Positions 36,129-50,425 are shown, numbered from the stretch's first letter. The stretch: DNA of 64,000 bases from Trichosphaerium sp. ATCC 40318 (GCA_038496445.1 JALMLS010000481.1:9340-73339); one strand, 5' to 3'. Numbers and translations: made by a program. Notes: a model not told the origin generated them from the letters alone.

Positions 36129-38646
36129 TTACAACAATTCGTCTTGAATGTCTTGAGACACTGAGTTAACAACAACACGTCCATCATATGATAAAGAAGC
36201 GAAAGCCCAATTATTAGCTTCTGAAGCCCAAGCAATAGAGTATACACTGTCTTCATGATCATCATAAGGTTTAATCAGTTCGTCTTTTGGTGCAGGTCTA
36301 AAAAAAAAAACAATTAGTTCATTGAATGTACCGGTATGTTAAGGGTTTTTTAAGAAACCAAATGTATTATAAAGTTATATATAGATAGTAGATATTCAAT
36401 ATTAGTAGTAGCAGAAAATTCAGGGTTATAGAATAGCGGGTTAAGACGTGAACAAAAAAAATTGTTTTGGACTAAGTTATGCTTTCAAAAAAAAAAGGAG
36501 TTTTGCTCCGCTATGCTTCCTGCACGCCCTCTGCGCTATCAATATTTCATATTTGGGTATATGTATATAAATATATAACTACACAGGCACCGAACTTGTA
36601 TTTGTACTTTGGGGTTTCTTCTTCTCCTTCATCTTCATCATCGCTATCTTGCAGATTTTTAAATGATAAGCTCTCAACTCTGTATAGATTAACAGTGCTA
36701 TCTGTAGCACAGCTGAGAACTAACTCATCTCTGAATCTATTATACTTAACATTGCATACCCTATATAATATAAGAGCAAGCTTGCAAATAGAGAAAAACC
36801 GCAAAAGAAAGAACAATCTTTACAAAATAAAAAGTTGTCAAAACAGTTCCGATCACATCTCACCTACAAGGCGATTTAACACGCTCTTGAAGTGGTATGG
36901 TACTAGAACATTATTGCTGAAAATGCTGTATTACTTTCTATAAATTATAGGTTACGTACCAATGATTATGGTGCTCAAACTCCTTGAGACATTTATCTGG
37001 TTTTCTGTAATCCCAAAATCTTATCTTACAATCATCACCGCCTGTAACCATATAGTACTGACGTAGAGGGTTTATATCAACATCTCTAACAAGAACTTTG
37101 TGTGTATCTTTTATAATAAATGCTTCCCTATAACGTAATAAACCAAACGGCAAATAACAATCAAATGTAACTGAAGTTGTTCGTCGAAAGAAAAAGTTGA
37201 AGTGGTTGGCTGCTAGCATAAGCTGTTACATACTTTTTTTGTCGAACATCGTATCCACATATTGAAGTATCAACAGTAACAGCAAGAAGATCTGTTACAA
37301 GTGGGTTGAAGCATGCATTACTTACAGCATGAGTAGTGCCTAATTCAATTGCTGCAAGTGGTTCCTAAGTAGACAATAAATTTCTGAGTTTTTGATCGCT
37401 TGAGAAGGCGCTCAAAGTAAAAGACCAGAGGGCGCATGAGCGAGAGAACCACGCCAATTTTTTGATAAGAAATAATGTAACGTGATATTACACTTTGAAG
37501 CAACTTACAAAGAAGCAAAGCGTAATTTGTTGAAAAAAAAAAAGAATAAATTTGGTTACCTCTGGTTTCGTAATATCCCAAGTTCTTAAAGTTGTATTAT
37601 CCAAAGAAACTACAAGGCCATCTTCTGAAGGTTCCCAAAGCACCCTTCAAAAACATTATTACTAAATAATCTATACTAATAACAAAGCCAAAACGGTTCT
37701 TTTAATACAAGTTGCAATTCATTTCGTTCAAATTGTTCACTTTTTTCCCCAAGCACCTCAATAATACTGCGTTATAGCAAAATAAAACGTAAGGTGATTC
37801 TCTCGAGTGGGGAAATGATTCTCTCGAGTGGGGAAAACAACAGTGCAGGAGATGAACGAATAGAACTGTAATTCGAAAAATCAAAAATAAAAAAAGTGAC
37901 ACATTGCAATGTGTCAAATGACATTTGAAACAACTTTTTTGACAAGTCTTTCAATAGACAACGTTGGATAATATTAAAGGCGAAAGCGTCAAGCACGTGC
38001 CTCTTTATTTTACCCTTGTGACCAGGCAATTCTGCTTTTGGAATAAGTTTTGCATTTGTCTCGTCCATACTCCACAACATAGCCTTGTATGCCTTTGCTG
38101 TATAGTGTTAGCAATTAAAACGATATGTAGTAATAGTTTTAAAGCGTTTACAACAAGAAAGAGACGGGTTGTAGCTCAATAAAACGATTCGATAAAAATA
38201 TCTTCAAAACTCGTTTAAACGATGTCAATACATTCTTCAAGGTATTAATAATGCGTACGCTCGTGAAATATTGTGAATAGCAGGTCTTGTTGAAACGGTG
38301 ACGAAGAAATATCCCATATCTCGTGAGGATGGTCGTATATGTTTATACATACGGTTTCAGTGACGTCTTTGATGACTTCAATGTGATGGAGCTTTTTGGC
38401 GTTAGTAAATAACTAAACCGCTTTGATTTACCTGATTCTCCTCCTTTAAGCTAAGTGTACCTACAAAAAAGCGAGTGTTTTCTATAAACACGTCAGCAAG
38501 CGGTTTTAGTGTCTAAAATATACCCTGATCGCCTAATTGAGCAGCAATACACCTCGCCTTTACAATATAAGCTGTAACGTTCAATAAATTCGCCGTACTT
38601 TGTATGACAAGCCATAAACAGCACTAGAATGACTACCCTTAAACAT
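36129..38646 (-). CDS. EIPR1: EARP/GARP-interacting WD40 protein (TSSC1/EIPR1)
   Basis: Spliced motifs AVYGLSYKARCIAAQ..TRFFVGTLSLKEENQ, HPHEIWDISSSP, VRDVDINP..TGGDDCKIRFWDYR..HHNHW, YNRFRDELVLSCATDSTVNL and YDDHEDSVYSIAW..SLSYDGRVVVN. Confidence 0.9.
37795..37836. repeat. Two-copy 21-bp tandem repeat within an EIPR1 intron
   Basis: tgattctctcgagtggggaaa occurs twice in tandem. Confidence 0.85.
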
Positions 38647-38756
38647 TCTAGTATATACGAGAGTCAATAATAGGGTTTGAAAGGTCAACCACCTTCACTT
38701 CAACTTTTTTTTTAGAATTTCTCTTACTGCTAATGGTCTACCGTTTCTGAGTTTAA
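38647..38756. promoter_or_regulatory. Putative bidirectional promoter (110 bp between the EIPR1 and PAN2 start codons)
   Basis: Head-to-head ATGs at 38646 (-) and 38757 (+). Promoter function is inferred. Confidence 0.55.
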
Positions 38757-41700
38757 ATGAGCGATTGGGCGCCTAATGGCGCTGTTATGTACTCACCATA
38801 TAATATGGTGCAGCAACGGCAAGGTGGGCGGTTGCATGAAATAAGAATGCTCGCGGAGCCTCACCAACGTCTGGAGATTACCACGGCGTTATGTTGTGAT
38901 GAATCAGAAGAAATGTTGTGGGTTGGCAATAGATCGGTATCTCATTTCGTTAAAACAATATAAATACATTATAAATCAAGTATCCGTGCGATAACGTCAA
39001 TTAGGGCAGAGTTGTAAGTTATTTATGCCCACAAAACGATAAATACAGTTCCTGGCATGGTACGAGTTACAACATCACTCAATTAGCATACTGAATATTA
39101 AATTCTACTTTTATTTTCTACAACGCGCCAATAGCCTTAAATTTATCTTTAAAACCTTAAATAGCACATGGTTCCCTTCCTGATCCATCAGTGAGACAAA
39201 TAGCAACGAATGATGTACGAAATTAACTGCTTTTTTTTTTTTGTCATTCAAAAAAAATTTGGTTTTTTACCTGTTCTCGTCTATGACGCTTACCAAAATC
39301 AAGCTTGGTGTTGTATCTATTTCACAGTCTAGTTTAAGATATTCAGACAGAGGAGGAGTTGTCAAGATTTATGACACGTGCGTCAAATGGGTGTTTTTCT
39401 GAAAAAAGTGCCAAAGAAAAAAAAACAACTTATTTTTCCTTTTGAACACCTGTCACGCATTGCAAAATATTCTTCTTATCTTTACATCATCCACGCATGA
39501 CATTTTTTACTGTGTGCTCTTGAGTTTGCACAAGGAGCAGGTGACCCATGAACGGTTTTTTTTTGGAACCAATTCTATAGAGGAAGTTTTATTTTGAAAA
39601 ATTAACAAGAGCTAGCAACGAGGAAATACAACAACTTACGTGCTTCACATTCACAAACAATAAAAAAAGTGCAGTTGCGCTTGGTGGACGAGCAGAATCT
39701 ATGTTGATTTATGATTTAGAGCGCAAGGATATTGTAAAAGAGGTACTTGGTCAAAAGCTAATATTCTTTTTTTGTAAAAAAGAAGTTGGCCGTTTAGACG
39801 TTATGTGGCGCTTATTTTTAATGTACAGGTTCCAATAACTTCTGGAGTTGAATCTATGGCTCGAGGAAGACTTATTTGTTGCGGTTGCAGTGACGGTAAA
39901 GTCGTTTTACGCGATCCACGATCTTATCGTGTGGAACATTCTTTCATGGCACATTCATCTTGTGTAACAAAAGTTGACGTTAAAAATGACTTATTGATTG
40001 CCTGTGGTACAGGAATAAGGTACTTGCATAGTACATATTTGATACTCAAACTACTTGTACAAAACGCAACGTGATAGCTTGCAGGCGAACCGTTTTGATG
40101 TTGAGTGTTTTCTTGTCTTAACTTTTTTTTTACTAGGCGTGGTAATGTCTATATTGATCACAGTCTAAAAGCCTATGATATGCGTCAAATGAGAATGCTG
40201 CCATCAATAACTTATCCACCTGGACCGGTAAGAGTAGCAATCTTTTAAAGTATAATGTTGTAGAACAAGTATTGATTTGTATTAGTCAATTGTCAAGTTT
40301 CATCCAAAGTTCTCTTCAACTTTGATTGTTGTGAGTCATAGCGGACAATTTCAATTATGTGATGTTGGTATGGGTGCTATGACAGGTATACAAGGCGTTC
40401 AAAACTATCAAGTACGTGTTTTTTGCTTATATCTTGTGGAAGCAGCTTGAACCTTCGTTCACACGTGCATGGTTTTACAATCTTTGGCTTTGTTTTTAGC
40501 GTATTTCTATATTAATGTTTGGGCAAGATTGCCTTATTTATGTTGTGTTTAGGTTGACTTACATCCAAATGTTTATATTACATCTTTCGATATTTCATCT
40601 ACTGGAGAAATGCTTGCTTTTGGTGACAATGTTGGATACATTCATCAAGTACGTCGTATTTTGATATTTTTTTTTTGTTCAAAAAAATCTTCCTTTATTG
40701 CCTGGCCAGCTGTTGATTTTTAAGGCTTTTTTTTTGTTAGAAGTTTCGTTCAATGGTCTTTTTTTTTTTGTACTGAAGGGCGTTGGAGAATTGGCTGACT
40801 TTTGTTTTAATTTAGTGGGCTGAAAAAGAAAAGTATGTTGTCAATCAGTTTTCAAAAGGTATACATAATAGATTAATCGATCCCTTACCTCCACCACCTT
40901 CAACAAAAATGACTGAATGGACGTACGTGTTATCGTTGTTGTGGGTTTTTTTGTTAGTACTTACCTTATGGTTCTTAGATCCCTATCAACACCAGCTAGC
41001 CATACTCAACTCCTTGTTGCTAAAAGTAGTAGAGAACCACTACTTTCTGACTGGTCTAACATGCACTTTATTGTTGGACGCCAACCTCAAGGTATTTTAT
41101 TTCATAAGAAAGTCAATGTACTAACTTGAACCTAAAGGTATTGATACACATTATATCAATAGTGCTAGAAAGGTAAGCATATAAACCATAGAGAAAAAAT
41201 AGCTTTTTGGATAAGTACTAACGTCAGCTTGCTACAATTTACTTTGATTTTTTTTGATACCTGGCACTGTATTATTAACCGTCTTCTCAGGATGATTTTG
41301 TTGGTGTCATTCCAAATAGCCCAGGACGCAGCCTTCGTAATCAAGTACGTAACATTGAAGTGACTAATTACAAGGCGTTTATCTCTAACTTATGTTTAGG
41401 TGAGACGACCTGTTCCACCGCTTATTGATCAGACAGTTAAAACAACAGGTGACTCTACAACATCATCAAATGCCGATACACCTGGAAGCTATATAAATAA
41501 GAGACCTCCAAAGACTTATAGAAGAGTTGCCATAAGCTACCAAAGGCTTGGTGGAGACTTGTTTGACTTTGAGTGCGTTGCTCTTTTTTTTTCGTAACGT
41601 TAATTTTTATCTTAGCTCCTATAACGGTACAAGCTTCTCTGGACTTGAGAATACGTACCCAAATACCTATAGCAATGCTCTTATACAGTCGCTATATTTT

Positions 41701-44700
41701 ATACCTCAATTCAGAAACACCATCTTAAACACAGTGTCTCTGAAAGAGTTTTGTTTGTCTGATGAACTTAACTTTCTTTTTCGTATCCTTTCTTCCTTCT
41801 TTTTTTTTTTTTTGGAAACTTTTTGCTTCCACTGGAAGCTATGTCTCTGTTTGTTTGTTTGTATTTCATTCTTTGACATATAAGATATGCTCAGCATTAA
41901 GAAAGGAGGTGTTTGCTCCGCACGTAACTTTATAAGAGCTTTGAGACACAACGTGGATGCGAAGAACCTTGGCTTATTGGAAGATGAAGCATTGCAGTTT
42001 GGTAGGAAACGTGACCCTTACTACCTTCTTGCACAAAAGTTTCACAGCTTTCTACTATCTCATCTACATCTTGAACTCGAAACCAATGGTGGTATGTTTA
42101 TGTATTGATACCTTAAGACGAGATCTTCTGATCTTCCTCTATTTTTTTTTTCCTCTTTAAGATTTTTTTAACAAACTTGTGTTTGTAGAGTCTATTATAT
42201 CACAGCTCTTTGGAACCAAAGTAAGAAAAACTGAGGTCATTCGTGATGTTTTAGAACGTACCAGTGAGGAGACCATATTCTATCACATGCTGCCAAGCCA
42301 CGTTCGTGTTTTTTTCCAACAACTTCTTTTTTTGATCAAAAAAGTCAAAAATCGTTAATTGTTTGAGTGCAGGGCAAATCTTTTGCTGCTATGGTACGTG
42401 ATTGCTTATCTTATAAAGAAGAGAAAACTACTTGGTGCGAAGAAACGCAGCAGAGGGAGCAAGTACAACAAAAACAAGAGGTAATGATGCTTTTGTCATA
42501 ACAACAAAGTTGTTATAGTTTTGTGATCGTTATTAAATCATAAATAAGGTCATAGCGCTTCCTAATATACTCGCGTTTCATACATGTGTTGGAGAACAAG
42601 CAGCAGAGTTTTGGAAGGGTGTAAGCTCAGGTAAACCATATTAATTTATTTTTAAAGCCAAGGTAAAACAACTTAAATTATTTAGACGAAAAGATGTTTC
42701 CTTGGAGCACAGCAAGTCAAGCAACACCTGAAAAGGACGAAAAATCTTCCTGGTTACCATTTAGGTATACATTAACTTCCATAGTCTTAATTCTGAGTGA
42801 GATCTTTTGTGTACTTACTAAATTCCGTTTTAGAATGAAAATAACACGTGATCCAATGACTCATAAGATGAACGTTGTTGAGTACTCAAATCAGCGTAAT
42901 GAAGGATCAGATGATCTTTATGAGTTATATGCATGTACATCATGGATTCATGACTGTGTTGGCAATGGTGTAGATCATGTTGTGTCACAAATCAAAGGTA
43001 CACAAAAAAGAAACAAATTTTCTTTTGTTATGTCCAAACAAAATTTTCCTGCTGTTCTTTATGTTCTTTGTGTTGTTTATTATACCATTTTCTTTCAATC
43101 ATGTGTGACTTAACATTGGTTTTTGTAGTTCCTGAGTATTGTAAAAAGGAAGGAACAGAACACCATTGGTACCTCTTTAATGATTTCAGAGTTATGGCAA
43201 CATCTCAATACGAAACTGTACATATAAACAGCGGCTGGAAGGTAATCATTATTTACAATCTTGGGTTTTCAACGCTCTTTCTATCTTTCTTAAAGTACTG
43301 TATTTGTACAGCAGTTGTATACTCTGTACTCGACAAAGCAACACAAGAACTTGTTTTTTTTTTCAATTTGATGAATACGTTCCAAATCAAGTTTACGCTC
43401 TACTGGTTGTATGAATATGTTCATTTGTTAATGTATATTTTTTAGATACCTTGTATAATATACTATGCTCGAGTTAATGTGGATAAACATATACCTATCC
43501 CTACAATCAAGAAAGACTTGATGTCTCAATTTTTGTTCCTTCAAAATCCAATATTAGCGTACCTCATCAAACTCTTTTGTTGTGCTAGTAGTACACAAGA
43601 ATAACTCATCCATAGACAAAACAAGGTTAAAACTCTTGATTATAAACCTCTTACAGAAGATGAAGTTAAGGAACAGGGACTTCCTGTGATTGCAATAGAT
43701 GCAGAGTTTGTTTCTTTGGCACAGGTTTGTTTTTTTTCTTCTATCGACTGATGATGAATTGGTTGATTCTTGTGGAGCCAATAGCCTTATTCTCTTTATT
43801 TTTTAGGAACTCAGGGAAGAGAGAAAAGGACGTATGGTTCTTGTAAGACCACCAATGTTCAGCGTTGCTAGAATATCGATAATTCGTGCTTGGGTATTGA
43901 ATTTTTGTTTTCTAGAAAGAATCTTTTGTGACGTTTTGTGCTTGTTACTTAATTTGATTTGTAGGGTGAGTCAGGTACATTAATGGATGACTACATTAGT
44001 ACACCACATGAATGTGTTGATGATTACTTGACGAGATTTTCTGGAATTAATGAAGGAGACTTGGATCCTCAGAAATCTCCATTTCAAGTAACAACATTGA
44101 AAGTAAGGCGTTCTTTCTTTTCTCTTTAATCATTTTTACTAATATAAATACTTCAAGGCAAGTTACTTGAGATTGAGAGCAATGATTGATGCTGGATTTA
44201 TATTCGTTGGTCATGGTTTGAAGAGTGATTTTAAGATCATCAGTATCCTTTCTTTTCTATTTTTTTTCTCAAAAAGTGGTTCATACTTTTTACTTCATTT
44301 TCGGTTCTTTCTCTTGAAGAGTATGAGTGTTTGTTGTTTGACGTTGATTTATTATTTCTTAATTCTTTTTTTGATATTCACGTGCCTTCTGATCAAATAC
44401 TTGATACTGTAGAGCTATACAGAGCGAAAGGTCAGAGAAAAATATCACTTCGGTATTTGGCTAAAAAAATCCTTGATATTGACATCCAGTCAAAAACACA
44501 TGATAGTATTGAAGATGCTAGAACTGTACGATTGTATTTTCACCTTCTTTTTTGTTAAATCAACAAGCGAAGCTGTTTTTGGAAGGTTTTTTTTTCGAAA
44601 TATTTTTTCTTGATTTTTTCTTATTTTTTGCTTTAAGGCTTTGATGCTCTATGACAAGTATAAAAAGTTTGAAGCTGATGGAAAGCTTGATGACTTGATA

Positions 44701-44937
44701 GATGAATTGTATAGAACTGGTAGAGTGGTACGTATTAGATAAATAATAACATGAAACTCAGTTTTATGCACAAACTCCCATGTGACATGTTCCGGTGTTA
44801 AAAAATGAGCACTTTCTTTGTGTTGTTTCATGGATTTTACTGACGCTTGATACTAGACAAAGTGGAAAATTCAAGGCCTTAAAAACGCAGAGGAATCTGG
44901 TCTTGAAATGTCTGGTGATGCTGTAACACAGACATAA
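38757..44937 (+). CDS. PAN2: PAN2 poly(A)-specific ribonuclease (WD40 + pseudo-UCH + DEDD exonuclease)
   Basis: WD40 exons, YNGTSFSGLENTYPNTYSNALIQSLYF, WYLFNDF, IAIDAEFVSL, DDYLTRFSGINEGDLDP, FVGHGLKSDF and THDSIEDART. Confidence 0.95.
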
Positions 44938-45543
44938 AAAATGATTACAAAATAAGAAAAGAAAAAAAAGAGAAAAAAAAAAAAGAGAAACATACAAATT
45001 TGTAATAACAAAATAAAAACAATAAATAGTACCCTTTGAAAGTGAACTTTCTTCATGATATCAAGACTTATCACAAGGTTTATCAAACGGAGATGTATTG
45101 GAAGAATACGAAGTAGTAATTGACCTGGATAATCGTCAACAAACTAAAACTGTCACCTCAACAAAAACAATAGCTTTTCTCCCGCTCATAAAATCACGTG
45201 ACTGATAATCTCTGGGCATGTTTTTGGTTTTCTCCATGGAAACACAGAGAGTATCATATTAGCAAATCAGCCGTCATACGACAGCTACCAATTGACATAA
45301 ATTTTAACGGATTAATCCTTTGACGTTTAACTTTCGAGAAATGGTCAGCTTATTCATTGTGGCACGTGAAAAATTTATTAATACAAGCCTCCACTGTACA
45401 TAAAGGAGTTGTCAATTAGCGTCTAGTAGGTTGTAGTTCACTTAGGCTTTTATACCTTAAAAGAAAGAAACACACTAAAAGAATACTATCAAGGGGTGTG
45501 TTACTCCAAGTTAATGTCCATTCTCTTCAGTTTTGTGGCCACC

Positions 45544-46329
45544 TTAACTTTGTACTTGTTCTTTACCATAAATGTAATTGCATTGCTTCAACAGAGTGCC
45601 ATCATCTTGCCATGTTATGTGTTTTCCATGTAGCTTTCCGTTGACATAATAACAATGCTTCTTCATTTGACCGTTATTAAACCATTCCTTTTCCTCTCCA
45701 TTTTTGTTGTCAGCAGTGTAGACACACTCTAAATGCAACTGCCCATTGTTGTACCATTCTTTGTACACATAGTTGCCATTGACGTAATGACAACGTTTCT
45801 TCAATTGACCGTTGTCATACCACGTCTTGTATTCTCCTTCAAGTGTACCATTAAGATAGTGACATTGTGTTGTTGGTTGGACTTTATCTTTGTGTTGTTT
45901 TCCCCTGCAAATAATATACTCGTCTTCATGTTTAACATCTACATAGTAGCACTTCTTTGACAAAGCACCATCTGATTCCCATTCTAAATACTCACCATGT
46001 AAATTGCCATTGATGTAAACACATTGTACAAATAATATACCATCATCACGCCAGGTTTTATACTCTCCATGTAGTTTACCATTGATGTAGTTACAAACTT
46101 TCTTCAATGTACCTTCTTTATACCATGTTTTGTATTCTCCATGTCTTTTATTATGGATGCAAAAAAAATAATGAGATTTCTTACCATTATCAAACCATGC
46201 TTTGCACTCTCCATGTATGTTACCGTTGATGTAATTACACTCCTGTACAAGTTCCGTATCTTCGTTATATTCTTTGTACTCTCCATGTAGTTTACCATTA
46301 TTGTAATTGCACTTCTTCCGCGGTGTTTT
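45544..46329 (-). pseudogene. 5'-truncated MORN-variant repeat gene
   Basis: The frame is open from just after an in-frame TAA (46332-46330) through repeated CxYxNGxLHGEYKxW units to the stop at 45544. It has no ATG near the 5' end and lacks the F-box-like head of its paralogs. Confidence 0.7.
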
Positions 46330-47714
46330 TTATTACTATTCTCTTAATAGTAATTTTTTTTTTGAACAGTGTTTATCCTGATCTAATGTTATACCGTTTT
46401 GAATATAAGCAATATTTATATCCATGGTCTCCTCTATGACGTATTCGTTAATATTCATTCATGAATATTCACTGGTGACATTTGTAGGAGCTTGTAATGG
46501 TACCACTTGTAATGCTTACTCTGTTGTCCCGTGACAACATTCAAGTGACTACCTTTGGTAAGCCAGGGCCCAACTGGCATCGCTTTAGCTATGCGTGGTA
46601 CTACGGATTGTGACCCTCATCTACTTCAAGCCAGTTTTGTACCTCAAAACGGGGTGCTTTTTTCGCGGTAAGTCGAAACCTGTCACTCACAAACTTGTAC
46701 TGGGTTACTCCATTTTTGTGATTAAAACCAAAAACAGTACCTGGCATCACTTTGTGCGTTGTACTACTTGTTGCCGGGATTCATTGGCGTTTGGTAACTA
46801 ACACAACTCTGTGAGGATCTTGGGGATGATGCTTGTACTGATGTCACCTGCCTGACACTATACGTCAATGTATTTGTTTATAACCTCATCTCGTTTACTG
46901 TATCACGATGATTTACACAATTAGTGGATTGGACTTGATTGAGTGACGATGCAATTAACTCATTACGCTTGCTGAACTTATTCGTAACTTAACCAAGAGC
47001 GAGAGATGAGGATTGTCACTGTAAATCGTGACTGTCAAACTTTGAAACAATAAAAACACTAAATATGTGTTGAGCAACCAAAAAAAAAAGTTACACATAG
47101 CAACTTTTCCTGCTCAAGTGACTCAGTGTCCTTGTTTTAGAGAAACACCATATGTTTTAATCGTTCCTAAAAGTGAAGTGTATACTTTGATGCAATCATG
47201 GAATTTGTTAACAAGCTAGAAAAGTCAGCTGACTGATTCCAATTTTTGGAATTTTTTAAATGGGTATTTGTAATAATATTCCATCTTTGTCCAAGCATTG
47301 TTGTGAATATCTACAACTCTCACTTGAGAAATTTGCTCGGATGGCAAAACTCGCTAACCTTCATCAAGACTTTGTTTAGCTTGTAATATGCTTTTTCATT
47401 TGCACTTGGCCGTTCTTCTTGGCTTTTAGCTTGTTTTGTGAATGAGTGTCCGATGTTTAACGGTTTTTTACTAGCGCCTGCTCCTGAGTCCGGCTGACGT
47501 TATCGCACAGTAATTGACGCGTATTAGAACGGCCTTACGTGATTTCATGATTGTTTAACGGTTTGCGTTTTATTCTGCGTGAATCGACTTTAAAAGTATT
47601 GGAATAGGTAACCAATATTGCGGTATTAATGTTGTCATGGTCAAAAGGGGTTTTTATTAAAATTTGTGCGAACTTTCAGCGAAAATAAAAGAGCCTATCC
47701 TTAGTTTAAACCTA

Positions 47715-48743
47715 ATGGATTACTTCAACGCAGATATAATATACCTCATATCAGAGTATCTTCGTATTCAAGAGCTTATAAACCTTCGTACAATAACAAA
47801 ACAATTTTGTAGACTGCCGTTAACTAAAAGAGATGTACAACAGGTTTGTGTATTTAATAGTGACAAGTGCAAGTCTCCAAATATTGTTCTAGAGCAGTTA
47901 TGTCTAGCGCCGTTTAAAACAATTAAATTGAATGCGTTTACAACGCCAGACGCTTTACTAGTGCGTACGTTAGAGAATTGCTGTAAAACACTGAGAAAAC
48001 TATCTATTGGTTGTATTTACGCAAAGAACGCTGCAACGATCATAGAAGCAATCAAGAAATGCTCTAACATAAGAGAATTGACGTTATCTTTCCAACCACA
48101 GGTGAACAACGTGGAAGAAGTAGATCCAGTATCTAAACTATTGGTTTCTTCTGATTTGAGTATTCCTCATTTGATAATCGAAGATTATGATTTTGAAAGA
48201 CCACAAACACTTGTATTCCTTTCGCAATATTTCTTCCGTGTTGATGCTAAATGTAAGGGTATTTCACTTACACATAAAGAAGGAGCAATCACGTGTTTTT
48301 ATGATGACTTATCCAATGTAATTGAACCTGGGTTAGTAAGGAGAACACCAACTAAACATGCAAGATATTTTCAGTCATGTGCTTTTTTTGAAAGAGAGAA
48401 AAGGATACTAGAACGACAAGGTATTGATTTTGTTGATGAGTTCATGGTGACATTAGAAGTAGTACAGATAATGGATACAACCCCTTTAGGTGAAACCTAT
48501 TTCGATGTGATTCATGCAGATGGTTGCAACAGTACACTTTGTTTTCCTAATGATTATTGGAAGATTAAAGGTAAAAGAGGAGTACACCCTTTGTTTTCGG
48601 ATATGCCAGTTGTTACACCTGACGTTGTTGATGCTCTCTATTCTGGAATAGACACATGTGTTGTTTCTATTAGTTTCTCGTGTAGAGGGTTAACCACTAA
48701 GCCTGTTCTTATGTATCAAATCAATCCTCCAAAACATTGGTAG
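47715..48743 (+). CDS. Intronless F-box protein with a short RNI/LRR-like segment
   Basis: MDYFNADIIYLISEYLRIQELINLRTITKQF (F-box-like), followed by CKTLRKLSI and CSNIRELTL. Confidence 0.7.
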   Translation: MDYFNADIIYLISEYLRIQELINLRTITKQFCRLPLTKRDVQQVCVFNSDKCKSPNIVLEQLCLAPFKTIKLNAFTTPDALLVRTLENCCKTLRKLSIGCIYAKNAATIIEAIKKCSNIRELTLSFQPQVNNVEEVDPVSKLLVSSDLSIPHLIIEDYDFERPQTLVFLSQYFFRVDAKCKGISLTHKEGAITCFYDDLSNVIEPGLVRRTPTKHARYFQSCAFFEREKRILERQGIDFVDEFMVTLEVVQIMDTTPLGETYFDVIHADGCNSTLCFPNDYWKIKGKRGVHPLFSDMPVVTPDVVDALYSGIDTCVVSISFSCRGLTTKPVLMYQINPPKHW

Positions 48744-49322
48744 GTCTGCTTAAATAAAAACTCCCAAGTTCACACGATCAATTGGCTATTTATACTTTTC
48801 ACATCTTGGGAGTTTGGAAGTTTATCGCTTTACCCATCACCCATAAATTATCGCTATCAATGGCGAAGCTATTTTGGGAAAACCAGAACATACTTGATCG
48901 TGTGGAGAAGCATCAGAGAACATAAAGATATAAGAAGTGTAAAATTATTAAGTGAACGCTGCACTGCTGGCACTATATCTTGCGATACGAGAATTCTTTT
49001 GCATAACGTCATACTTTATTGTTCCCATTACTATCTCTTTGAGCGTAAGCAGGAAGCATACAAAGATTGGCTGAGCACTAAAAAAACCTGAACTTCTCTT
49101 TGTTCTCTCTACTCTCCCGCACGTGATTTTTGGTGGTACTTAAAAATAAGATCTTATTTAGTCTTTATTGGATAGCGTTACTTTATTCGCTATGTCGATT
49201 GGTGCATGGGAAGGTGTTAGGTGAACTTAAAACTCCGTTTAAGTTTTTTTTTCGCACAAGTCTTCATTTTGTATTTTTAAAGTCTACGAAACGTACTCGC
49301 TCACCTTCACATAATTATAACA

Positions 49323-50425
49323 ATGCAAGGAATCAAATGTGTAGTTGTTGGTGATCATAAAGTTGGTATGTAGCCTCGAAGAAAAGAAAAAGAGTTCCTT
49401 GATTGGATATTTTTTTTTGGGGTTAAAAATTCGTTTTTCTTCGCTCCCACGTGCGTGTATTATCAAATACATACAAATAGCGATGAAAAAACTAAAACGA
49501 GTCACGTGTGTAAAACACTTCTACGGCTTACTATATATTCATAAACAGCTCAGACCGTTTTTTTTACAAACTTGCCGTGTTTAGTTTTTTCTTTTGAGAT
49601 TTTTTTTTTAGCCGTTCTTTCAGGTTTTTAATCCTTCTTGTAGGTAAAACAAAGATGATTGTATCATTTACAAAGGACTTACGTCGTACTGCACCAACAC
49701 ATTTTGAACTTCATCATGGTTGCGTACGCATGGAGAACGGTGACGCTGTAGAGCTTAATATATGCGACACAGTAAACATTGTAAATACGCCAAAAAAAAA
49801 AAACCTCCAACACATCAAGTATTTTAACTCACGTGATTAGGCTGGATCAGGATACGATGATGAGTTAAGAAAGTTACCGTATATCGGCTCTGATTATGTA
49901 CTCATGTGTTTCGCTATAAGTACGTTTAATACATGTGCATTCGCATTCTGTTGTTGTTCTTTGTTTGACGCTAGTTCTAGATTCCATAAAATCGTTCAAT
50001 AATGTAACAAAAAAAGTACGTTTTTTTTCTTTCATGTGTAGCCCTCAGGTTTCCTGACTGTTACTCTTAGTGGCTACCTGAAGTCAGAGAGAACTGTCCA
50101 AATGGAAAGATTATATTAGTAGGTACAAAATCAGATAAGAGAGGTGGTAAAAAGAGGAAGAAGCTAGTACCACAAAGCCAAGGTTAGAAAAATTGAAAAA
50201 AAACTCGAAGTCTTTTTGTTCTAAAAAGTTTTACCTTTAGCCAAAGACCTATGTGTCAGACTAAATGCTATTGGTTACTCTGAATGCTCTGGATCTTCTG
50301 GGGATGGAGTAAATGAAGTTTTTCAACAGATTGCGCAGGACCTGCAGTCAGGTTCTTCGTCACGATCAAAAAGAAGGTCAAGAAGTAAAAAGTGGAGACG
50401 ATCAATAGCGAAAATATTCAATTGA
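49323..50425 (+). CDS. Atypical Rho-family small GTPase (multi-exon)
   Basis: [12 protein letters not shown]|KT, LNICDT|[28 protein letters not shown] and YSECSG, with a polybasic tail and no CAAX. Confidence 0.85.

Noticed and set aside
37795-37836. 21-bp tandem duplication as a functional element
   Set aside because: It has only two copies inside an intron and is consistent with a simple slippage duplication.
46104-46298. Separate ORF or frameshift upstream of the 45544 MORN ORF
   Set aside because: The MORN frame continues uninterrupted to 46329. The track ORF is an alternative frame of the same sequence.
46480-46870. Small Cys-containing spliced gene on the plus strand
   Set aside because: Some GT/AG-bounded coding-like pieces exist, but I could not assemble a consistent frame or recognise a family.
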